Source: an uncultured Akkermansia sp.
GTDB lineage: Bacteria > Verrucomicrobiota > Verrucomicrobiia > Verrucomicrobiales > Akkermansiaceae
Reading direction: 5' to 3'
Assembly (NCBI GenBank): GCA_947629715.1
Contig: CANRET010000003.1
Span: 21,193 to 85,192 of the forward strand
Length of the DNA stretch: 64,000 nucleotides
In this document: one piece after another, positions 26,977 through 35,188 of the stretch
Position numbering within the stretch: position 1 is the first letter of the stretch
Layout: each line of letters begins with the position of its first letter
Made by a program: the position numbers and the translations under genes
Notes under the pieces: generated by a model
Seen by the model: only the letters and a program-made list of their open reading frames with translations
Databases searched by the model: none
What the model was told of the DNA's origin: nothing

Positions 26977-27013
26977 AAGCCCGACTGCATGAAAGCGGTC
27001 GGGTTTAATTTTT
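26977..27013 (+). terminator. Intrinsic terminator after tRNA-Arg
   Basis: GCCCGACTGC-atgaaa-GCGGTCGGGT followed by a T-rich tract. Confidence 0.75.
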
Positions 27014-27056
27014 CTGGTCTTTGCACTATCTCGCTCTCGCAGACAGGAGCCAATGA

Positions 27057-27118
27057 TTTACGAGAAATTTACGACGCGACTTTACGACCTACGAATACGA
27101 ACGTGTCTCCGCGTACGA
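27057..27118 (+). repeat. Cluster of six short TACGA direct repeats
   Basis: TTTACGA at 27057, 27068 and 27081; CTACGA 27089; ATACGA 27095; GTACGA 27113. Confidence 0.65.
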
Positions 27119-27259
27119 GGGAGTTGCCGAGCGATGCACCCACGAGAACATGAAGGAGCGGGTTTATGATTGCCTGCACTCTGCAAGGAGCTTTCGATCC
27201 TTGAATGGGAAGAGCGATGTCGAATAGAGCGCGACCCCGCAAAGCGGGCAGGGAAAGGC

Positions 27260-28534
27260 TCAGTGGGGTACGGAAAGAGTTTGGGAGCGATCGGGTCCGA
27301 CACCGACGGAACCGATGGGGCAGCCGATGATTTCACCGAAGCGCTTGAGGTAGGCTTGACAGTTCGTCGGGAGTTGCTTCCAGGAGGTGCACTTGGTCGT
27401 GTCCTGCATCCAACCGGGCAGGATCTCGTAGATGGGCGTGCATTTTTCCCACTCGCTGATGAGAGCCGGTGGGAACTCCAGCGTGCGGTCACCGAGCTTG
27501 TAGGCCGTGCAGATTTTGATCTCCTCGCAGGCGTCCAGACCATCGAGATTGGTCATTGCCATTTCGTCAAAGCCGTTGAACATGGCGGAGAAACGCAGCA
27601 CGACCCCATCCGCCCATCCGCAACGGCGCGGACGCCCCGTCGTGGCTCCGAACTCGCGTCCCAGTCCGTGCAGGTAGTCTGCAAGATCAGCATCTTCGGA
27701 GACGAAAGGACCCGCCCCAACTCGGGTTGTGTAAGCTTTGCACACGCCGATGATCTTGTCGATACCGGTGGGGGGAACGCCTGAGCCGGTGCAGCAGCCG
27801 CCGGCGCTGGTGTTCGATGAGGTGACGTAGGGGTAGGTGCCGAAGTCCACATCCAGCATGGCGCCTTGAGCTCCTTCGAAGAGGATGCTCTTGCCCGTCT
27901 TTGTCGCACGGTTCAGCACGGGGATCGTATCCGTGATATGCGGGCGCAGCTCTCCTGCCGCTTCCATGACGGCACGCAGCGTTTCCTGCGGGTCGGCGGC
28001 AGGATGTCCGAGACGCACAAGTTCTTCGTTGGCCGTGGCGATGCGTGCCTTGAGGACGATTTCCAGATGGGCAGGGTCGATGAAATCGGCCATGCGGATG
28101 CCGATGCGGCGCACTTTGTCGGCATAGGTGGGGCCGATGCCCTGCTTGGTTGTGCCGATCTTGTGGTCGCCGAGAGCTTCCTCCTGCGCGGCATCAATCT
28201 CCTTGTGGATGGGCAGCACCACGTGAGCACGGTCGGAGAGCAGCAGATTCTGCGGCGTGATGTCCACACCGAGGTTACGCAGGTAAGCCATCTCCTCCAC
28301 AAGCGATGTAGGATTGATGACCACGCCGTTGCCGATGACATTCAGCTTGCCCGGCCAAAGGATGCCGGAGGGTACGAGGTGCAGCACGTATTTCTTGCCG
28401 TGGGCGATCACCGTGTGACCGGCGTTGCTGCCGCCCTGACTGCGCACCACGATGTCCGCGTCTTCGGTGAGAAAGTCGATGACCTTGCCCTTGCCCTCAT
28501 CTCCCCACTGGGAGCCTATCACGAGTGTGTTCAT
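27260..28534 (-). CDS. purA: Adenylosuccinate synthetase
   Basis: GSQWGDEGKGK, QGGSNAGHT, IGTTKQGIGPTY, EGAQG, GTYPYVTSS, GATTGRPRRCGW. Confidence 0.97.
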   Translation of the reverse strand: MNTLVIGSQWGDEGKGKVIDFLTEDADIVVRSQGGSNAGHTVIAHGKKYVLHLVPSGILWPGKLNVIGNGVVINPTSLVEEMAYLRNLGVDITPQNLLLSDRAHVVLPIHKEIDAAQEEALGDHKIGTTKQGIGPTYADKVRRIGIRMADFIDPAHLEIVLKARIATANEELVRLGHPAADPQETLRAVMEAAGELRPHITDTIPVLNRATKTGKSILFEGAQGAMLDVDFGTYPYVTSSNTSAGGCCTGSGVPPTGIDKIIGVCKAYTTRVGAGPFVSEDADLADYLHGLGREFGATTGRPRRCGWADGVVLRFSAMFNGFDEMAMTNLDGLDACEEIKICTAYKLGDRTLEFPPALISEWEKCTPIYEILPGWMQDTTKCTSWKQLPTNCQAYLKRFGEIIGCPIGSVGVGPDRSQTLSVPH

Positions 28535-28540
28535 AACGTA

Positions 28541-29698
28541 TTAAGCTTGGTATTTGCCGGCTTTGAAAGCCTCGATGAGTTCGATGAACTCGCCGAAAAA
28601 GTAGGTGGCATCTTTCGGTCCCGGCGCTGCTTCCGGGTGGTACTGCACGCAGAAAATGGGCAGGGTCTTGTGGCGCAAGCCTTCCACCGTACCGTCGTTC
28701 AGGTTAATGTGAGTCACCTCCACGTCATTCGGCAGGGAATTGTCATCCACTGCAAATCCGTGGTTCTGAGAAGTGATCGCTACCTTGCCGGAGCGCAGGT
28801 CCTTGACAGGCTGATTGCCGCCGCGATGACCGAACTTCAGCTTGAAGGTTTTTCCGCCGAAGGCGAGCCCGAGCAGCTGATGCCCCAGACAAATGCCGAA
28901 GATGGGCAGTTTCCCGAGCAGCTTTTGCAATTCCGCGTAAATGTCCGGCAAGGCGGAAGGATCGCCCGGTCCGTTGGAGAGGAACACGCCGTCCGGTTGC
29001 AGCGCGAACACATCCTCAGCCTTCGTGTGCGCCGGTACGACTGTCACGTCGAATCCCTCGCGGCGCAGGCAACGCAGGATGTTACGCTTGACCCCGAAGT
29101 CAAATGCCACGATGCGGTAGCGCACCGGCGGGAGTTCTGTGTAATTGGAAAGGTCGCCCGTCGTTTTGTTCGGCAGCTTCCAGTCGCGCGATTCATCCGT
29201 CCAGTGGTAGGCGTTCTCCGTGGTCACTTCGGTCACAAAATCGCTGCCGGCCATAGGCGGGGCCGCCTTTGCCGCCTCCACGGCCTGCTGCGCTGAGAGC
29301 TCGGTCGTCAGGCAGGCCCGTTGAGCTCCCTTTGTGCGCAGGAGTTTGGTAAGCTTGCGCGTGTCGATCCCCTCAATGCCCGGGATGCCATGCCGGGATA
29401 ACCAATGAGGGAGAGACTCGTTCGCGCGCCAGTTGGAATGCAGCCTCGCCACCTCCGCCACAACAAAACCACGCACTTGAGGCCCCTCACTCTCGACATC
29501 CTCTTCGCATACGCCGTAGTTGCCGATGAGCGGATAGGTCATGGCTACAATTTGTCCGCGGTAGGAAGGATCAGTGAGCACTTCCTGGTAACCCGTCATG
29601 GAGGTATTGAAACACGCCTCACCGGTCACGGTGCCAGTTGCTCCAAAGGAGGTACCCTCAAAAATTGTCCCATCTTCTAGCGCGAGTATTGCTTTCAT
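28541..29698 (-). CDS. carA: Carbamoyl-phosphate synthase small subunit
   Basis: [46 protein letters not shown]. Confidence 0.97.
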   Translation of the reverse strand: MKAILALEDGTIFEGTSFGATGTVTGEACFNTSMTGYQEVLTDPSYRGQIVAMTYPLIGNYGVCEEDVESEGPQVRGFVVAEVARLHSNWRANESLPHWLSRHGIPGIEGIDTRKLTKLLRTKGAQRACLTTELSAQQAVEAAKAAPPMAGSDFVTEVTTENAYHWTDESRDWKLPNKTTGDLSNYTELPPVRYRIVAFDFGVKRNILRCLRREGFDVTVVPAHTKAEDVFALQPDGVFLSNGPGDPSALPDIYAELQKLLGKLPIFGICLGHQLLGLAFGGKTFKLKFGHRGGNQPVKDLRSGKVAITSQNHGFAVDDNSLPNDVEVTHINLNDGTVEGLRHKTLPIFCVQYHPEAAPGPKDATYFFGEFIELIEAFKAGKYQA

Positions 29699-29820
29699 CC
29701 TGATATGTGCAGCCGGGGGACTTTAGCAAATCGCTCATCAAAAAGCAAGACAAATCCGCTCGCGGGAATCAGCAGATTTTACTCGGGAGGAAAAAACTTC
29801 GTCATTTTGATTTAGTTAGC

Positions 29821-29850
29821 TTGCAAAAACTTGAGAATCGTGCTTATAAT
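29821..29850 (+). promoter_or_regulatory. Sigma70 promoter of the yqjD/E/K-like operon
   Basis: TTGCAA-N18-TATAAT. Confidence 0.55.
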
Positions 29851-29919
29851 GGGCGCGTGGGCAAGTGGTTCTCCGCAGAGGGGAGGCTTGCCCGCATGAC
29901 GGCAACTCGTATATCCGAC

Positions 29920-30258
29920 ATGAGCAACGAAGAAAATGATCAAAATGTCGTGCCGGCTCCCACTCCGGAGCCAGCCCCATCCAGTGACACGCAAAACCGC
30001 TTGAGCGCTGCGCGTGAGTTCGCTTCCGAGCAGTACGAAAAGCTGCGCCGGGTCACGGCGGATCAGCTGGAGAATGTGCGCCGCTACACGCAAGACGCTC
30101 GTCGTCAGCTGAACGAAGGCTGGGACGTCACGCGCACGAAAGCCAAGGATTTGCACCGTGCCGGTGAGGAATACGTGAAAGCAAATCCGACTACCAGCGT
30201 GCTGGGTGCACTGGGCGTGGGCCTGCTGCTGGGCCTGCTGCTGGGCAGTCGTCGCTAA
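29920..30258 (+). CDS. DUF883/ElaB/YqjD family membrane-anchored protein
   Basis: Helical body plus C-terminal YVKANP...ALGVGLLLGLLLGSRR anchor; alternative ATG at 29896. Confidence 0.85.
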   Translation: MSNEENDQNVVPAPTPEPAPSSDTQNRLSAAREFASEQYEKLRRVTADQLENVRRYTQDARRQLNEGWDVTRTKAKDLHRAGEEYVKANPTTSVLGALGVGLLLGLLLGSRR

Positions 30259-30303
30259 GTTCCTCGCTTTCCTTTTGTCCTTCCGACTTCCAACGTTCGT
30301 CCC

Positions 30304-30741
30304 ATGGCTGATAGTCACTTGCCCGAGAAGTCAGCTTCCTTGCGTGCGCAGGGGAGCGCTGTGCTTGGCGGTGTGCGCGGGACCGTGCTGCACGCGATGC
30401 GGCATGTGGAGGCAATAGCGGAGTTGCTGCAGGTTGAACTCAATGAATACGGACGGAGGCAAGCGAGACGGTTAGCGGCGGTTATGGTCGGGGTGGTGCT
30501 GCTGCTCTGTGCTTACCTGATGCTGTGCATATTCGGGGTGTTGATGCTGCAAGCATTTCTTATCAAACCCATGTGGGCGGCGGTGCTGGCTATGGCAATT
30601 TTCAACGCGCTTGCGGGTCTCGTAGCTCTTCTTGTGAGCAAACGTGCCAAGTCGGAGGGGGTTGCTCCCGAAACTGTCAAGGAACTTAAAAACGATCTCG
30701 AATGCGTCAAGCTTTATCTGAGAGGAAAAGAGAAATCCTGA
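30304..30741 (+). CDS. YqjE-like membrane protein (phage holin family 3.6 annotation)
   Basis: ELLQVEL.E motif, two TM helices, PETVKELKND; synteny with the YqjD-like gene. Confidence 0.8.
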   Translation: MADSHLPEKSASLRAQGSAVLGGVRGTVLHAMRHVEAIAELLQVELNEYGRRQARRLAAVMVGVVLLLCAYLMLCIFGVLMLQAFLIKPMWAAVLAMAIFNALAGLVALLVSKRAKSEGVAPETVKELKNDLECVKLYLRGKEKS

Positions 30742-31121
30742 TGCGCTCTGCTGAATCGCGTGTGTCGGTTGTGGAAAACATAGATGCCGCAGTCGATGCC
30801 GCGCGGAATGTGTATGGGCGTTTCCGGACGCCGCGTCCCTGTGTTAAGGTGGCCTTGGCAGTCGGTGCCGGGCTGGCAGGCGTGTGGGTACTCAGACGGG
30901 CATTTGCTGCGGGTGGTCGTCGGGTTAATGAGGCGGTGAATGTCGGTGGCGGGCGGACAAGGAGCCTCGGGGGTGCAGCGTTGTGGCTTTTGGTTCAGGG
31001 TGCATCAGCCATGTTGTTGCCGGTGCTGCGTGACCATTTTCGAGGTATTGAGCTGGGGGAAGCTTTGAAGCGTATGCATCCGTCACACATATTCTTTCGT
31101 TGGTTGGGGTTGGAGAAATAG
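30702..31121 (+). CDS. YqjK-like hypothetical membrane protein
   Basis: LSERKREILMRSAESR start, TM segment; third gene of the trio; start uncertain. Confidence 0.65.
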   Translation: MRQALSERKREILMRSAESRVSVVENIDAAVDAARNVYGRFRTPRPCVKVALAVGAGLAGVWVLRRAFAAGGRRVNEAVNVGGGRTRSLGGAALWLLVQGASAMLLPVLRDHFRGIELGEALKRMHPSHIFFRWLGLEK

Positions 31122-31124
31122 GGC

Positions 31125-31493
31125 ATGATTCCCACATCTTACAAAGTCGGAGATAAAGACACCCGTCCGTGGGGGCGTTGGATCGTTCTGGACATGACCC
31201 CGCAGCTTGTCGTGAAAAAATTGATTGTGGAACCCGGTAAGCGCATTTCTCTGCAGTGCCATCGTCATCGCTCCGAGCGCTGGATTATGATGCAGGGGGA
31301 GGCTGTGGTGCAGAGGGGAGAAGAGCAAATGAGATTGAGAGCCGGGGACGGTGTACTCATCCCCGGCAATGTTCGTCACAGACTCGCCAATGAGAGTGCG
31401 CAGGAGATCATGTTGCTTGAAATCCAATTCGGAGAATTGCTCAGTGAGGATGATATTGAACGGTTTGATGATGATTACGGCCGAAAGGAGTGA
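31125..31493 (+). CDS. Stand-alone mannose-6-phosphate isomerase type II cupin domain
   Basis: RPWG, KKLIVEPGKRISLQCHRHRSERW, HRLAN, LEIQFGELLSEDDIERFDDDYGR. Confidence 0.88.
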   Translation: MIPTSYKVGDKDTRPWGRWIVLDMTPQLVVKKLIVEPGKRISLQCHRHRSERWIMMQGEAVVQRGEEQMRLRAGDGVLIPGNVRHRLANESAQEIMLLEIQFGELLSEDDIERFDDDYGRKE

Positions 31494-31496
31494 GGC

Positions 31497-32375
31497 GTGG
31501 CTGAAGAAGCGAAAAAAGAGTCATGTTGGGATGCGGTGGATGCCGTGGTTTGCATCAATTTAGACCATCGCAAAGATCGCTGGGAATCTTTCGGTCGCGC
31601 CGTGTACGGCGTGATTCCAGAGGGAAAATTGCACAGGGAGAGAGCTGTGCTCGGTACGACTATCGCGGGCTACGGCCAACCGCCGTGGTTCACGGAGCGC
31701 ACGGTTGATCGCAATGCTCACTGGGCAGGCACGGCGGGCTGCCTCCTTTCGCACCGCAATGTTATCAGGCGAGCTGTGCGAGAGGGATGGAGAAATGTCC
31801 TCATCTTTGAGGATGACGTTGTGTCGTATGCGACTGCCGAGGGCCTAGAGCTTTTAGGCGAGACAATACGCAAGATGGGGCAGGATGGAGCGTACTTGTT
31901 ATACTTGGGCTATACCGGGCGTGCGGTATGCGGACGGCTTGTGGCGCAGCGGGGGGAGAGCAGTGTGCTGCAGGTCGATGGCGTGGGTTCAACTCATGCC
32001 TACCTTATCGGAGGAGGGATGTATGGGCGGTTGCTGACGGCGTTGCCACAGGAAGATGCCGATGCGTGGGAATGGCTGGCCAGTCATCGCGCCATAGACG
32101 CATTTTACTGCAATGAACTGGGGTGGCAGAGAGGGGTACGTTTTTACGCCATGCGGCCGCAGCTCTATCGACAGAGCGGTTCTCCGAGCGATATTTTGCT
32201 GGGTAAGAAATACACACTTGGTGAAACGGAGGTGCATGTACTCAACCGCAGTCTCTATAGTCTTTGTCGCATGATGCGTTACCCCTACGCGCGATTGAAA
32301 GCGACGCTTAACTCGTGCCGCACGTACAGGCGCGCATTGAGGGGAGGATTCCCCGGTTATCGGAAGAAGAAGTGA
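31497..32375 (+). CDS. Glycosyltransferase family 25
   Basis: INLDHRKDRW, GCLLSH, LIFEDD, STHAY, AID motifs. Confidence 0.82.
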   Translation: MAEEAKKESCWDAVDAVVCINLDHRKDRWESFGRAVYGVIPEGKLHRERAVLGTTIAGYGQPPWFTERTVDRNAHWAGTAGCLLSHRNVIRRAVREGWRNVLIFEDDVVSYATAEGLELLGETIRKMGQDGAYLLYLGYTGRAVCGRLVAQRGESSVLQVDGVGSTHAYLIGGGMYGRLLTALPQEDADAWEWLASHRAIDAFYCNELGWQRGVRFYAMRPQLYRQSGSPSDILLGKKYTLGETEVHVLNRSLYSLCRMMRYPYARLKATLNSCRTYRRALRGGFPGYRKKK

Positions 32376-32403
32376 GCAAGTTGGAAAAGATGATTGATTT
32401 AGC

Positions 32404-32432
32404 TTGCCAACAAAACAATTTCACGTCATATT
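32404..32432 (+). promoter_or_regulatory. Putative thrS promoter
   Basis: TTGCCA-N17-CATATT. Confidence 0.4.
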
Positions 32433-32452
32433 AACTGTACCGACAAAAGAGC

Positions 32453-34375
32453 ATGTCCGAACAAAAAGAACGCAAAACGTTGGAGGAACGCAACCAAGCC
32501 ACGGAGCTTGAGAGATTGCGCCACTCTTGCGCTCACGTGTGTGCCACGGCCATCTGCCGGATATGGCCGCAGGCACAACTTGCGGCCGGTCCCGCCGTGG
32601 AGAATGGTTTTTACTACGACATAGAACTTGATCATAACATATCGTCCGATGAGTTTCCCCTCATCGAGGAGGAGATGAAAAAAGTGGTGAAGGAAAATGT
32701 TCCTTTTGAGAAGACCATCGTGAGTCGCGAGGAAGCGCTGCGCATGGCAAAGACGGGGGAATTGGGAAGCGTGGGACCGCGCAGCGTACCTTCCAAGTTT
32801 AAGATGGATTTGCTCTCTCGGATTCCGGAGGATGAACCGATCTCTATCTATCGCAACGGTGATTTCACCGATCTGTGCGCCGGGCCGCACGTGCCGCGAA
32901 CCGGCAATTGCAAAGCCTTCAAGATTATGAGCGTGGCATCGGCCTATTACCAGGGAGACGCCAGAGGCCCTCGTTTGCAGCGTGTGTACGGCACGTGCTT
33001 TCCGAATCGCACGCAGCTTGATGAACATTTGTCTCGCTTGGAGGAAGCCAAAAAGAGAGACCACCGTAAATTAGGGCGTGAGTTGGGGCTTTTTGCCATC
33101 GATGAGATGGTGGGGCAGGGACTGATTCTTTGGAAACCGAAGGGAGCCATTGTACGCCGGGAACTGCAAAAGTTTATCAGTGAAGAGCTGGATCGCATCG
33201 GTTATTCCCAAGTATTTACCCCGCACATAGGCAAGCTGGATTTGTACATGACCAGCGGGCACTGGGAACATTACAAGGACAGCCAATTTCCGCCCATTCC
33301 TGATCCGGACGACTTCAGGAAACTGCGCGATGAGCGCGCCTCTTGCGCTGATCTTTTCAATGTGCTGGATACGCGTACTGTGGCCGGTTTCATGCTTAAA
33401 CCCATGAATTGTCCGCACCACATTCGCATTTACGCGAATGAGCCACATTCGTATCGTGACTTGCCCGTGCGCCTGGCCGAGTTCGGCACAGTGTATCGCT
33501 GGGAGCAGAGCGGCGAACTGGGTGGCATGACGCGAGTGAGGGGCTTTACCCAGGATGATGCGCACATTTTCTGCCGTCCCGACCAGATTAAGCAGGAGGT
33601 GCAGCAGTGTATCGGGATCGTTAAGCTGATACTCGGTACGCTGCAGATGACGGATTTTCGTGTGCGTCTTTCACTGCGTGACAAGGAATACAGGGATTCC
33701 AAGTACGTGGGGAGCGTAGAGAATTGGCGTTTGGCAGAGGATGCCTTGCGTGCGGTGTTGCAGGAGGAAGAATTCGATTTTACCGAGGCTGAGAATGAGG
33801 CGGCGTTTTACGGACCGAAGATTGACTTCATCGTACGCGACGTGATTGGGCGTGATTGGCAGCTCGGGACGGTGCAGGTGGATTACAATTTACCGGAGCG
33901 TTTTGAGCTGACCTACACAGGAGCTGACAACAAACCGCACCGCCCGGTCATGATTCATCGCGCGCCCTTTGGTTCCATGGAACGTTTCACCGGGTTGCTC
34001 ATCGAGCATTTTGCTGGTAAGTTCCCCACGTGGCTTGCACCTGAGCAGGTACGCGTGCTGCCCATCTCCGAAAAAGTGCAAGACTTCGCAGAGCATGTGC
34101 GCGCCCGACTGGCGGATGACGGCATTCGCGTGCGCATCGATGACGCACCGGACAAGATAGGAGCCAAGATACGCAACGCTCGTATGGATCGCGTACCTTA
34201 CATGCTTGTGGTTGGCCAACGCGAGGCTGAGCAGGGTCTCGTCTCCGTGCGTCACAGAGATATGGAGATCATTGGCACTATGCCTCTGAATGATTTTTGC
34301 GAGACGTTGCGCAGAGAGATTGAACAGCGTCTTGTAGCTCCCTCTTTCCATCCTTTTTCTCCCCAAGCTGAGTAA
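32453..34375 (+). CDS. thrS: Threonine--tRNA ligase
   Basis: RHSCAHV, DLCAGPHV, RDHRKLG, KPMNCPHH, QDDAHIF, FYGPKID, MIHRAPFGSMERF. Confidence 0.98.
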   Translation: MSEQKERKTLEERNQATELERLRHSCAHVCATAICRIWPQAQLAAGPAVENGFYYDIELDHNISSDEFPLIEEEMKKVVKENVPFEKTIVSREEALRMAKTGELGSVGPRSVPSKFKMDLLSRIPEDEPISIYRNGDFTDLCAGPHVPRTGNCKAFKIMSVASAYYQGDARGPRLQRVYGTCFPNRTQLDEHLSRLEEAKKRDHRKLGRELGLFAIDEMVGQGLILWKPKGAIVRRELQKFISEELDRIGYSQVFTPHIGKLDLYMTSGHWEHYKDSQFPPIPDPDDFRKLRDERASCADLFNVLDTRTVAGFMLKPMNCPHHIRIYANEPHSYRDLPVRLAEFGTVYRWEQSGELGGMTRVRGFTQDDAHIFCRPDQIKQEVQQCIGIVKLILGTLQMTDFRVRLSLRDKEYRDSKYVGSVENWRLAEDALRAVLQEEEFDFTEAENEAAFYGPKIDFIVRDVIGRDWQLGTVQVDYNLPERFELTYTGADNKPHRPVMIHRAPFGSMERFTGLLIEHFAGKFPTWLAPEQVRVLPISEKVQDFAEHVRARLADDGIRVRIDDAPDKIGAKIRNARMDRVPYMLVVGQREAEQGLVSVRHRDMEIIGTMPLNDFCETLRREIEQRLVAPSFHPFSPQAE

Positions 34376-34410
34376 GACTCAATTTTCCATTAACCAATAC
34401 CACGCTACAC

Positions 34411-35064
34411 GTGCCACTCCCACCCAAAAAAACGACGACGCCCGCGCGTAATACCCGACGCGACCAATTCAATAAAACACCTCAAATACGCGTTAATGAA
34501 CGCATCCGATCACCAAGAGTTCGAGTAGTGACCGCCGATGGGGGACAACTCGGCGTGGTTGCCACACGCGATGCTCTTGCCAAGGCCAAAGAGCTGGGGT
34601 TGGATTTGGTTGAAGTCGCACCCAATGCCGATCCTCCGGTATGCCGCCTGATCGACTACGGTAAGTTCAAATACATGCAGGCAAAACAGCAAAAAAACAG
34701 CAAGTCAAAAGTTACCCGCATGAAAGAGGTGAAGCTGCGCATCGGCACGGATGTAAACGATTACAATGTGAAAATGGGGCGTACGGAACAGTTCCTTGAT
34801 CATGGCCATAAGGTGCGTTTCCAACTGCGCTTCAAAGGGCGTGAAAACGCGCACCAGCAGATGGGCCTGGATGTGATGGCCAAGGTGGCTGAGGACATGA
34901 AAACCATGGGACGCGTTGATCAGCCCGCCAAACTTGTGGGCAATTCGGTGAGCATGGTTCTCTCTCCCCTTCCAAACGGTCAGCGCATCAAAAAATTTAA
35001 GAAGTACGAGGACGAGAGCTTTGATACTGAATCTGAGGAGTTCGACGTTAAGGAAGAAAGTTGA
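34411..35064 (+). CDS. infC: Translation initiation factor IF-3 (GTG start)
   Basis: RVNERIR, LDLVEVAPNADPPVCRLIDYGKFKY, KEVKLR, FKGRE. Confidence 0.95.
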   Translation: MPLPPKKTTTPARNTRRDQFNKTPQIRVNERIRSPRVRVVTADGGQLGVVATRDALAKAKELGLDLVEVAPNADPPVCRLIDYGKFKYMQAKQQKNSKSKVTRMKEVKLRIGTDVNDYNVKMGRTEQFLDHGHKVRFQLRFKGRENAHQQMGLDVMAKVAEDMKTMGRVDQPAKLVGNSVSMVLSPLPNGQRIKKFKKYEDESFDTESEEFDVKEES

Positions 35065-35188
35065 GACTTCCGTTGACAATAGCTCACGCACAGTACCAAG
35101 TGTTTTCTCTTCGAGGAGAAGCTTGTTGGACCATGCGCACATTTTACTTGAAAAATGGGCAAGGGCATGGTAGAGAGATTCCGAACGC

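Noticed and set aside
30304-30741. 'Phage holin' as a sign of a prophage
   Set aside because: It sits in a chromosomal yqjD/E/K-like trio with no endolysin or other phage genes.
34369-34413. Canonical AUU start for infC
   Set aside because: There is no in-frame ATT between the upstream stop (34369) and the GTG at 34411.
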